Positions 56,729 to 64,000 of a DNA stretch of 64,000 bases are shown one piece after another. The translations under genes and the position numbers were made by a program. The number at the start of each line of letters is the position of its first letter. Positions within the stretch are counted from its first letter, which is position 1. The notes beneath the pieces are model-generated. The model was given only the letters and a program-made list of their open reading frames with translations. It had not been told where the DNA came from and made no database searches. Source of the DNA: Candidatus Parvarchaeota archaeon (GTDB taxonomy: Archaea; Nanobdellota; Nanobdellia; JAAOXT01); NCBI GenBank assembly GCA_017609605.1, contig JAFCDO010000007.1, positions 17,997-81,996 of the forward strand. The letters run 5' to 3'.

Positions 56729-57481
56729 ATGTTTAAGGCAAGTCTTTCGAACGCAACTCTTTTCAAGGACGCGATGTCAACGATATCAAACTTGATTAAT
56801 GAGGGAACTTTTAAGATTAACAGGGAAGGCATAGAGTTAATCGCGATGGACCCTTCTAATGTTAGCATGATTATTTTTAAGTTTTTGTCCAGCGTTTTTG
56901 ATGATTATCAATTAGATAAGGACACCAAAATGACGATCAACGTTGATCAGTTGGTGCAAATTCTTCGGCGCGCGGGCGCCACGGACCGCGTTATTCTTGA
57001 GTTGGAGGAGGATAAGAACAGGTTCATTGTTAGGATGAAGGGGAGTAGTAATAGGACTTTTAGCGTTCCATTGATTCAGGAGGAGTTGAAGGAGCAGAGC
57101 GTTCCCAGCCTTGACTTCAAGAACCAGATTCAGGTGGAGACCAGCATTGTTAGGGAAGGAGTGATTGACGCTAACATGGTCAGTCATTGCGTGGTGTTCG
57201 AAGCCACTCCTGAAAAGTTTGTGATGCACGCTAAAGGCGACAATAATGATTCTACGCTGGAGTTGGTTAAGGGTTCGCCGGCACTGCACGTGTTGGACGT
57301 TTCAGAACCGGTTAAGGCTAAGTACTCGTTGGATTATCTTGATAAGATTACGAAGGCAGCGAAAATCGCTGACGTTCTTACAATAAAGTTTGGCACGGAT
57401 TACCCGTTGCAAATGGAGTACAAGGCCTTGGACAAGTTGCAAATGACTTTCATCCTAGCTCCAAGAGTGGAAACAGAATAA
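56729..57481 (+). CDS. pcn: PCNA sliding clamp
   Basis: 250 aa. N-terminus FKASLSNATLFKDAMSTISNLINEGTFKINREGIELIAMDPSNVSMI is typical of archaeal PCNA. Confidence 0.9.
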   Translation: MFKASLSNATLFKDAMSTISNLINEGTFKINREGIELIAMDPSNVSMIIFKFLSSVFDDYQLDKDTKMTINVDQLVQILRRAGATDRVILELEEDKNRFIVRMKGSSNRTFSVPLIQEELKEQSVPSLDFKNQIQVETSIVREGVIDANMVSHCVVFEATPEKFVMHAKGDNNDSTLELVKGSPALHVLDVSEPVKAKYSLDYLDKITKAAKIADVLTIKFGTDYPLQMEYKALDKLQMTFILAPRVETE

Positions 57482-57519
57482 AAAGTTTTAAAACAAGAAA
57501 TGCTACTAATTCAATAGTT

Positions 57520-58668
57520 ATGGCTTTAAAGATTCTCTACGCTAACGAATACAACCTTAACGTCGAGTACTTTAACTTCGGGGGCATCGCTAACACCTTA
57601 TTCGGAGAAATTCATTCCCTAAGAAATCTGAGCGCAGAAATAAGATTTATTTATTCTATGGATTGGGAACAACACCCATGGCATGAAAGCAAAGAATCAA
57701 GAACTATGAGAAGAGAGTCTTTCAAACAAAAAATTATTCAAGAAACAAAGAACTTCCAACCAGACATAATAATATTCCATTACGCAATGTACCAAACCAT
57801 AAAATCCCTACCAGAACTAATCAAACTAAGAAAACAAGGCATGTTCAAAGGAAAAATCGTGGTTTTCCTGCACGACGCGGTAAGCCCATTCCTCGAAGAC
57901 AACTCAATAGGAAAGAATAATTCTAATTACTGGTCGCAATCAGACCTGATTATATGCGTTTCAGACTTCTTAAAGAAAAAAGCAAAAAAAGTGAAAAACC
58001 ATTATAAAGTTTTGTACCCAAGCGTTGACGACGTTTTCATCCAAACAACCCAACAAGACGAAACAGTTGGCAGAACATTTCTAAGAGAAAAAGGGCTGAC
58101 CATAAACCCTGACGAAAAACTGGTCTGCTACATCGCCCGTTTTTATAAAGAAAAAGGATTCGAAACAGCCTTAAGAGTAGCAAAAAAACTAGCCGACCAG
58201 ACGAATTACAAATTATTGTTCGTCGGCGCAACAGGAAAACCAGAAGAAAACGAACTGATAAAAAAATTCTTCCCACAAAAATCGGGTAGAACACTAATCT
58301 TACCTTACACGACAAGTAAAAGAGAATTGAAGTATTATTACGCCGCGTCAGATATGATGATATCACCTTCAATCCACGAAGCCGCTGGAACCTCCATTTT
58401 AGAAGCGCTGGCGAGCGGGTGCAAAGTCGTGGCTAATGAGGTGGAAGGCGTCAAAGATAATCTCAAGAGAGTGAAAGGACTGAAACAAGGAAAAGATTAT
58501 TTCTTAATAAAGATTCCAAGATTTTTAGGAAGTGAGGAAAAATTAGCTAAAAAATATGTGAAAACCATCAAAAAAATTGGGAAGGGTTTCGCGATTTTTG
58601 ACGGAAAGCAATTATCCCACCAAACACGAGCGGAAAAACTGCTAAAAATACTTAAGAAACTAACGTGA
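57520..58668 (+). CDS. Glycosyltransferase, GT4 (group 1) family
   Basis: C-terminal GT-B motif SIHEAAGTSILEALASGCKVVANEVEG; YIARFYKEKGF. Confidence 0.75.
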   Translation: MALKILYANEYNLNVEYFNFGGIANTLFGEIHSLRNLSAEIRFIYSMDWEQHPWHESKESRTMRRESFKQKIIQETKNFQPDIIIFHYAMYQTIKSLPELIKLRKQGMFKGKIVVFLHDAVSPFLEDNSIGKNNSNYWSQSDLIICVSDFLKKKAKKVKNHYKVLYPSVDDVFIQTTQQDETVGRTFLREKGLTINPDEKLVCYIARFYKEKGFETALRVAKKLADQTNYKLLFVGATGKPEENELIKKFFPQKSGRTLILPYTTSKRELKYYYAASDMMISPSIHEAAGTSILEALASGCKVVANEVEGVKDNLKRVKGLKQGKDYFLIKIPRFLGSEEKLAKKYVKTIKKIGKGFAIFDGKQLSHQTRAEKLLKILKKLT

Positions 58669-58675
58669 AAAACCC

Positions 58676-58960
58676 TTATTTTTTGAGAATTTTTATGGCT
58701 TTGCCATTAATCAACGCGTCAGCCACTTTCTTTCTCGCCTTGTCAAGAATCCTGTGAAAAGTTGGTTGGGAAACACCCATTTTCTCAGCAGCTTCATCTT
58801 GGCTCAGACCAATAACGTCTGATAGTCTCAAAGCTTCAATTCCATCCAAGCCCAGTTCAACTTCTTCCAAGTCCCTGATAGGAACTCCTGCGGGCTTGTA
58901 ATAAGTTACTCCTGGCTCAAACAGGATTCTTCGTTTAATTCTTGGTCGCGACATTTTCAA
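58676..58960 (-). CDS. DUF134 (UPF0251) DNA-binding protein
   Basis: PRIKRRILFEPGVTYYKPAGVP...LDGIEALRL.D..GLSQDEAAEKMGVSQPTFHRILDKARKKVADAL. Confidence 0.85.
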   Translation of the reverse strand: MKMSRPRIKRRILFEPGVTYYKPAGVPIRDLEEVELGLDGIEALRLSDVIGLSQDEAAEKMGVSQPTFHRILDKARKKVADALINGKAIKILKK

Positions 58961-59005
58961 AAAATAATGAGGAAGAAAGGTTTAATAAAACCTTTCCTGA
59001 AAGAA

Positions 59006-59314
59006 TCAGTCTTCTTTCTTAAGAATCTTTAAATCTTCCTCAATAGATTTCTTCAAATCGTCAACTCCTTTTAACCGTTCTTCTAACAGTTTAGTTCTGT
59101 CTTCGTTTGAAATAGGGAAACTCATTCCTTGTCCTAAGCCGAGCCCTCGTCTCCTAACCCCTCTACCTCGTCCTCGTCCAAAGCCTCCACCTCTTCCTAA
59201 AAAAGGTTGCTGGTAGGATTCTCCTTCATTAGAGCAAGGTCCTTGTCTTCGACCGTTTGGTCCTGTTCCATAAGGACCTGTTCCATCTTGTCCTGGCATA
59301 TTAATCACCTCCAA
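59006..59314 (-). CDS. DUF5320-family protein
   Basis: MPGQDGTGPYGTGPNGRRQGPC, a Gly/Arg-rich middle, and a C-terminal coiled coil. Confidence 0.65.
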   Translation of the reverse strand: MEVINMPGQDGTGPYGTGPNGRRQGPCSNEGESYQQPFLGRGGGFGRGRGRGVRRRGLGLGQGMSFPISNEDRTKLLEERLKGVDDLKKSIEEDLKILKKED

Positions 59315-59435
59315 ATTATGAATAACTATTCATAACTACTATTTAAGTGTTTTGGATTATAATTCATTAAGTGGTTTTCTGAAAATAATTACTTCTCCGT
59401 TGACAATTCCGTTTATGATTATAGAATTTTATTAC

Positions 59436-59720
59436 TTATGCTCCACCCATCTGTCTGTTTCGGGTATACACTTCTAATGATTTTTCATCACCTGGGAAAA
59501 AAGAATTGAGACGTGAATCCAACCGGTAATTAGAAGGAATTCTTTCACTCGGCCTGCTGAAATAACCATAAGCACGTCTGAACCAAGATTTAACCCTCGC
59601 CATAAGAGTTTTCTTTTCCTCAACAGATTCCAACAGGCTCTCCAAGGTTTTTTCGTCGTCCAACATTTTAAACCACCTATTACAATAATCAGCAGTTGTT
59701 ATTTGAAAGCTTTTTCGCAT
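59436..59720 (-). CDS. Hypothetical protein (94 aa)
   Basis: Clean ORF, no motif. Confidence 0.4.
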   Translation of the reverse strand: MRKSFQITTADYCNRWFKMLDDEKTLESLLESVEEKKTLMARVKSWFRRAYGYFSRPSERIPSNYRLDSRLNSFFPGDEKSLEVYTRNRQMGGA

Positions 59721-59724
59721 AGCG

Positions 59725-59829
59725 TTAAGGTGCTTTAATCTTCACAGATTTCCCATTAATTATCGCGTCACTGACCTTCTTCCTAGCACTGCCAAGAATC
59801 CTATGCAAAGGGGGTTGCGAAACCCTCAT
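59725..59829 (-). pseudogene. C-terminal remnant of a second DUF134 gene (34 codons)
   Basis: The minus strand reads MRVSQPPLHRILGSARKKVSDAIINGKSVKIKAP*, colinear with MGVSQPTFHRILDKARKKVADALINGKAIKILKK* of 58676-58960. The N-terminal ~60 aa are absent; the upstream sequence is the stop of the next gene. Confidence 0.65.
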
Positions 59830-59832
59830 TTA

Positions 59833-60480
59833 TTATTCATTACTTCCGAAGATTAAAACTTTCAGCCCATACAAGATTCTTAATGAGAACTCCAGGATTT
59901 GAGTGAAAAGCAAGTATGAAATCACGTTTAACGCCATGTCAGGGAGTTGGGTAATCCTGTCAAAAACGTTGATTGACTGGAAGTAAGTGGGGTCTAATAG
60001 TATAAGGCCAATTAAAGTGAATGGAAGGATTTTTGCAAGGTCTTTAGCAATATCTTCCTTAAAGTAAGAAGTTATTCTAATCGCGGAAACAATTGCCATA
60101 GATAAAAGCATTATTTCAGGCACGCTCTGATTCTTAGACATGACTATCAATAACGCTGAAAGAGTTAGAAACCAAAAGAAAATGAATAATGGCAGGATGA
60201 TTAAATGTTTTACCACGTACATGAATATTGAGCCTGCTTTGCGCAGGTTAGGGTGATTACTAAATTCGTACTTGCTGAGATCCAATTTGAAAACATCTCT
60301 TTTTGATAGGAAGTTGTAGAATTTCCAGACGAAGAGAGCGTAAAACGCTAAGCCAAAAGTGTAAACCACTAATGGGAGGAGAAGGTCATAAGTATTGGAC
60401 GTGAAAAAATTTATCCATTCTTGACTCATGGATACAGCGTAGCCTGTTAAACCCATTATTGTCAAATTAAGCTGCAACAA
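59833..60480 (-). CDS. Polytopic membrane protein, hypothetical (215 aa)
   Basis: About 6 hydrophobic segments; no motif. Confidence 0.5.
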   Translation of the reverse strand: MLQLNLTIMGLTGYAVSMSQEWINFFTSNTYDLLLPLVVYTFGLAFYALFVWKFYNFLSKRDVFKLDLSKYEFSNHPNLRKAGSIFMYVVKHLIILPLFIFFWFLTLSALLIVMSKNQSVPEIMLLSMAIVSAIRITSYFKEDIAKDLAKILPFTLIGLILLDPTYFQSINVFDRITQLPDMALNVISYLLFTQILEFSLRILYGLKVLIFGSNE

Positions 60481-60533
60481 GTTTTAATAGTTTTAGGAAA
60501 AACAATAAAAACCCTGCTACTCTTGATTAAGTC

Positions 60534-60809
60534 ATGGTGTCAAAAGTTCATTGCGCGCACATACTTGTCAAAACTGAAGGAAAAGCCAAAGAACTCCTAG
60601 AAAAAATAAAGACCGGAGAGTCTTTCTCAAAACTTGCTCAAGAACACTCCCAATGCCCTTCAGGTAAAAAAGGAGGGAGCTTAGGGTGGTTTAGTAAAGG
60701 AATGATGGTCAAACCTTTTGAACAGGAAGCTTTCAAGCTCAAAAAAGGAGAACTGTCAGGAATCGTTAAAACCCAGTTCGGCTACCATTTAATCAAAAGA
60801 TTGGAGTGA
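60534..60809 (+). CDS. Parvulin-type peptidyl-prolyl cis-trans isomerase
   Basis: HCAHILV...CPSGKKGGSLGWFSKGMMVKPFEQEAF...GIVKTQFGYHLIK. Confidence 0.9.
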   Translation: MVSKVHCAHILVKTEGKAKELLEKIKTGESFSKLAQEHSQCPSGKKGGSLGWFSKGMMVKPFEQEAFKLKKGELSGIVKTQFGYHLIKRLE

Positions 60810-60813
60810 AGGC

Positions 60814-61455
60814 ATGAGAAAAAAAACATTTTTTTTAACAATCTTTTTTTTATTACTAAACACAACTTTTGGTTTAGAAGCAACATTGCTTGATGATGGG
60901 CGAACACTAATCAACGAAACGTACAGCCAGGAATACACGAGCAAACAAGGAACTCTGTGGACTGCGAGCTTCCAAAACTTCACAGACATAACCATAATCC
61001 TACCCGGTCAGGCAAGCATAAAGGGAATCCAAGCCAATTACGATTATTCCATAAAATACGAAAAAAACCTGATAGTATCAGTGGTTAACGCGGGCACAGA
61101 TTCTTATATCCAATTGGACTACGAACTGAAAAACCAAACAGACGACTCGCAAACCATAACACTGTTCATTCTAACACTAATCATCATCTTTTTAACAGTG
61201 TTTTTTTCAGCGAAACACTTTTCCAAAAAAAACAAACTTGACCTCAAGCAAATCAAAAAAGTTCTGAACCCCCGACAAGTCATGATAATCGAAACAATAA
61301 TGAAAGAAGGAGGAAGCCTGAACCAGAACAAACTCCACCGGCTAACAAAAATCCCGAAAGCCTCACTCTCAAGACACGTCAACGAACTCGCCGCTAAAGG
61401 AATCATAATCAAAGAAGACCTTGGAGGAACGAACCGGCTGATAATAAAAAAATAA
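60814..61455 (+). CDS. Membrane-anchored protein with C-terminal MarR/wHTH-like domain
   Basis: Signal/TM, extracytoplasmic domain, TM (ITLFILTLIIIFLTVFF), then RQVMIIETIMKEGGSLNQNKLHRLTKIPKASLSRHVNELAAKGII. Confidence 0.5.
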   Translation: MRKKTFFLTIFFLLLNTTFGLEATLLDDGRTLINETYSQEYTSKQGTLWTASFQNFTDITIILPGQASIKGIQANYDYSIKYEKNLIVSVVNAGTDSYIQLDYELKNQTDDSQTITLFILTLIIIFLTVFFSAKHFSKKNKLDLKQIKKVLNPRQVMIIETIMKEGGSLNQNKLHRLTKIPKASLSRHVNELAAKGIIIKEDLGGTNRLIIKK

Positions 61456-61528
61456 CGCGGAACAAGCGTTCCACCCAGCTCTTAATACCCGTTCCACCCA
61501 TTAAAAAAGAACAGGTGAAAAAAATCAA

Positions 61529-62182
61529 ATGAAACAAAAAACGATAACAGCCGTCCTCATGGCAGCACTCATACTCCTGCCAATGAGCGTGATGGCGGAA
61601 GAAACAACACAGGACGTTCAAGTCCTGCCAGGAAACCCGTTATACGGTTTCAAAAGAGTTCTTGAAAGAATCCAAACATGGTTCACTCTCGGAGCTGAAG
61701 AAAAAGCCCGTTTCCACTTGTTATTAGCGGAGAGAAGACTAGCTGAATTTAAAGAACTGCAAGAACAAAACATAACCAACTTTGATGACGAACTAATAAC
61801 GGACTACGAGAACCAGATGCAAGCAATGGAGCAGCAAATAAACCTGACAAACCATAACATAACCCAACAACTAGAACTAGCCATTGTTGAGTCAACAGCC
61901 AAGCACCAAGCAGTCATGCAAAGATTAAAGGAAAAAGTTATGGGAATGGAGAATCTTCCTGAAGAGGTAGTTCAGCAAAAGCTTGAATGGATTGAAAATA
62001 AAATAGAAAAACAAGAAATGAATCAGGAAAGATTCATGCAAAAACTAATGCAAAGAGTTGGCGAGAACCCGGGACAAAACTACTCCCTTCAAAAAGGATT
62101 TGGAAAAATGGGCGTGGGAAACGGGGTTTGGAAAGGGATCAAATATACAGGGGAAGGAAACTGTCCTTTAAATGAGGAATAA
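61529..62182 (+). CDS. Secreted helical protein, DUF5667-like
   Basis: Signal peptide TAVLMAALILLPMSVMA, then PGNPLYGFKRVLERIQ (DUF5667-type start). Confidence 0.45.
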   Translation: MKQKTITAVLMAALILLPMSVMAEETTQDVQVLPGNPLYGFKRVLERIQTWFTLGAEEKARFHLLLAERRLAEFKELQEQNITNFDDELITDYENQMQAMEQQINLTNHNITQQLELAIVESTAKHQAVMQRLKEKVMGMENLPEEVVQQKLEWIENKIEKQEMNQERFMQKLMQRVGENPGQNYSLQKGFGKMGVGNGVWKGIKYTGEGNCPLNEE

Positions 62183-62261
62183 AAAAACCTCACTCCTCTT
62201 TTCTTTTTTTTTGAAAAAAGAAAGATTAAAAAACACTGAAATCCAATAATCTCTTTTTAGA

Positions 62262-62815
62262 GTGGTAAAAGAAATTGTGATAACAGGCGGGCCTGGTTGT
62301 GGTAAAACAACTATTCTTGGATTATTAGCCCAAATGAGCGGAAAAGAATACTGCGGAGAAATAGAGGTTATAAGTGTTTGCGGGGAAGAAATGGTTCTTG
62401 TTCCAGAATCAGCCAGACGAGTCATAAAAAAACATCAGGCAAAAGGAGTTGAAGAACCTTGGTCAGATAGAGTGGCTTTTCAAACAGAAATAATCCTTGA
62501 CCAAATCCTCCTTGAACAAAAAGCTAAACAAGAAAACGGTGTTTTTATAGTTTATGACAGGGGGAGACCAGATGGTTGGACGTATTGTTTATTAGACGGT
62601 AAAAAAGCTCCTGAAGTTGAAAAACTTGCAAGACGAAACTATGATTTAGTAGTGTTTTTGGAAATGCCTCCAAAAACTTTGTATGAAAGCGACCTTGAAA
62701 GAAGCGAGGATTACGAGACCGCAATGTGTACGATGAAATGGGTTTTGAAATCAGAAACCTAGCTTTTATGGATAAAGAATTAAGATTGAAAAAATTTCTT
62801 GAGATGATTTGTTAA
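62262..62815 (+). pseudogene. AAA_28/NadR-like P-loop ATPase with apparent -1 frameshift near 62723
   Basis: Walker A GGPGCGKTT. Frame 0 stops at 62760-62762. The -1 frame from 62723 reads NVYDEMGFEIRNLAFMDKELRLKKFLEMIC* (to 62815), which looks like the normal family C-terminus. Confidence 0.5.
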
Positions 62816-62816
62816 A

Positions 62817-63743
62817 TCATCGTCCAAGAACCTTGAGCACGGCGGGCTGGACTTGCATTTTTCTCGAGACAACTCCTTTTAAAAAGATTAATCCGTTGTC
62901 AAACTTCTTTCCAAAAGCGTTCTCAACAAGTTTAATCTTTGGACCGTAACCCATGAGTTCAGTGTTGCCGTCATCAATGTCAGTGAACATGACTAAATGA
63001 AAAGCATAACCTTTTTTTTCACAAGATTTTTGTAAAGCAGGAAAAACCTTGTTCTTAACCTTGTCAACGTCTTTTTTATCAATCACTGGCACCTGGCTGA
63101 TAGCGATTTTAAAACCGTTCTGCACGTACTCTTTCAAATCAGTTCCAAGAATTTTTAAAGGCGTTTTCCTGACCAGCCCAGTACCTGCTTTAAGCATTTC
63201 AGACCCGAAAACCCTGTAATCCACTTCAGCAAGAGTGCTAAGAATCTTGACAGCTTTAACATCTTTTTTAGTAGTTGTAGGAGATTTCAGAAGCAAAGTA
63301 TCTGAAAGAATCCCTGCCAGGAGAAGACCAGCAATCTTTTTTGGGATAGGAATCCGTTCCTCAAAAAAACGGTCAGTGATGATAGTGCAAGTACTGCCCA
63401 AAACTTTAATCTCAAAGTTAATCGGAAGCACGGTTTCAACATTGTTTCCAACCCTGTGATGGTCAATGACTTCAATAACGTTAGCCTCTCCAATATCTTT
63501 TAGGGTCTGGTTTAGCTCGTTGTGGTCCACGAGAATCAAATCCTTACTTTTACAGGATTTCAATAAATCAGGAGTTTTTACCACAAACTTTTTGAGCACG
63601 AAACTCGTCTCGTCGTTGATAGGGTCAACGCGGGAGGGAACAGCGTTCCTGCCTAATTTTCGTAAGAGGTGGGCGTAGCCTATTGCACTGCAAATAGAGT
63701 CCGTGTCAGGATTCCTGTGACCTATAACAAAAACTTTTTTCAA
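62817..63743 (-). CDS. ppaC: Family II (Mn-dependent) inorganic pyrophosphatase, DHH-DHHA2
   Basis: VIGHRNPDTDSICSAIGYA, LVDHNE, VIDHHRVG, LAGILSDTLLLKSPTT; 308 aa. Confidence 0.85.
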   Translation of the reverse strand: MKKVFVIGHRNPDTDSICSAIGYAHLLRKLGRNAVPSRVDPINDETSFVLKKFVVKTPDLLKSCKSKDLILVDHNELNQTLKDIGEANVIEVIDHHRVGNNVETVLPINFEIKVLGSTCTIITDRFFEERIPIPKKIAGLLLAGILSDTLLLKSPTTTKKDVKAVKILSTLAEVDYRVFGSEMLKAGTGLVRKTPLKILGTDLKEYVQNGFKIAISQVPVIDKKDVDKVKNKVFPALQKSCEKKGYAFHLVMFTDIDDGNTELMGYGPKIKLVENAFGKKFDNGLIFLKGVVSRKMQVQPAVLKVLGR

Positions 63744-63788
63744 TTTTGAACAAAGAGTTATTAAACTAGGAAATCTATAAGTCTTTTT

Positions 63789-64000
63789 ATGGGTTTAAAG
63801 GAAAAAATTGTTGTTTGGCTGGTAAAGCGAATGAGTTACGAGCAAAAAGCGGAGATGATTAAAAAAGTGGCTCCTGAATTTTTCCAAACTCTGACTCCCG
63901 AGCAGAGAGTGGACCTTTTCAGGCAAATCATTCCAACATTGTTGAACGATGCTTTGGACGCTCAAACCATAGCGGATTTGATAATAGAGTTCCCTAAAAT
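63789..64000 (+). CDS. Hypothetical protein, 5' partial (runs off the window)
   Basis: ATG 63789, open to the window end (MGLKEKIVVWLVKRMSYEQKAEMIKK...). Confidence 0.35.
   Translation, partial: MGLKEKIVVWLVKRMSYEQKAEMIKKVAPEFFQTLTPEQRVDLFRQIIPTLLNDALDAQTIADLIIEFPK

Overview
AT-rich, gene-dense archaeal chromosome segment. Archaeal hallmarks are TBP, MCM, topoisomerase VI A/B, RFC small and large subunits, PCNA, thermosome, fibrillarin/Nop5, aIF1A/aIF2-beta, TFS and Rpo11. No transposase, integrase, CRISPR array or prophage genes were seen. The style fits a small-genome DPANN-like archaeon (inference only): many short hypothetical genes, unlinked rRNA genes, intron-containing tRNAs, a tRNA-Ile with a UAU anticodon, and several decayed genes. 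RNA genes: a 23S rRNA (2456-5516, minus) with a ~128-nt insertion in domain V; a separate 16S rRNA (12704-14173, minus) about 7 kb away, each with its own leader/trailer processing stem; no 5S; five tRNAs (Ala, Leu with intron, Glu, Ile-UAU with intron, Asn); and a probable RNase P RNA cut by the window start. The most interesting region is a ~12-kb minus-strand operon (37.6-49.6 kb). It encodes a type IV pilus-like machine: a FlaI/PilB-type ATPase, a FlaJ/TadC-like platform split by one in-frame stop, one canonical archaeal pilin, three further proteins with class III (prepilin-like) N-termini including a 1127-aa sequon-rich giant, and a 23-Cys lipoprotein. I read it as a candidate cell-cell/host attachment apparatus. 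Other notable items: an orphan Ni-CODH catalytic subunit (cooS) at the end of a translation/replication gene string; a perfect 46-bp tandem duplication of the 23S 3' processing-stem half; and four frame-disrupted or decayed genes plus a gene split by an in-frame stop (PRTase, AAA ATPase, coiled-coil pilus-operon gene, DUF134 remnant, FlaJ). All family names come from motifs read by eye; no database search was run.
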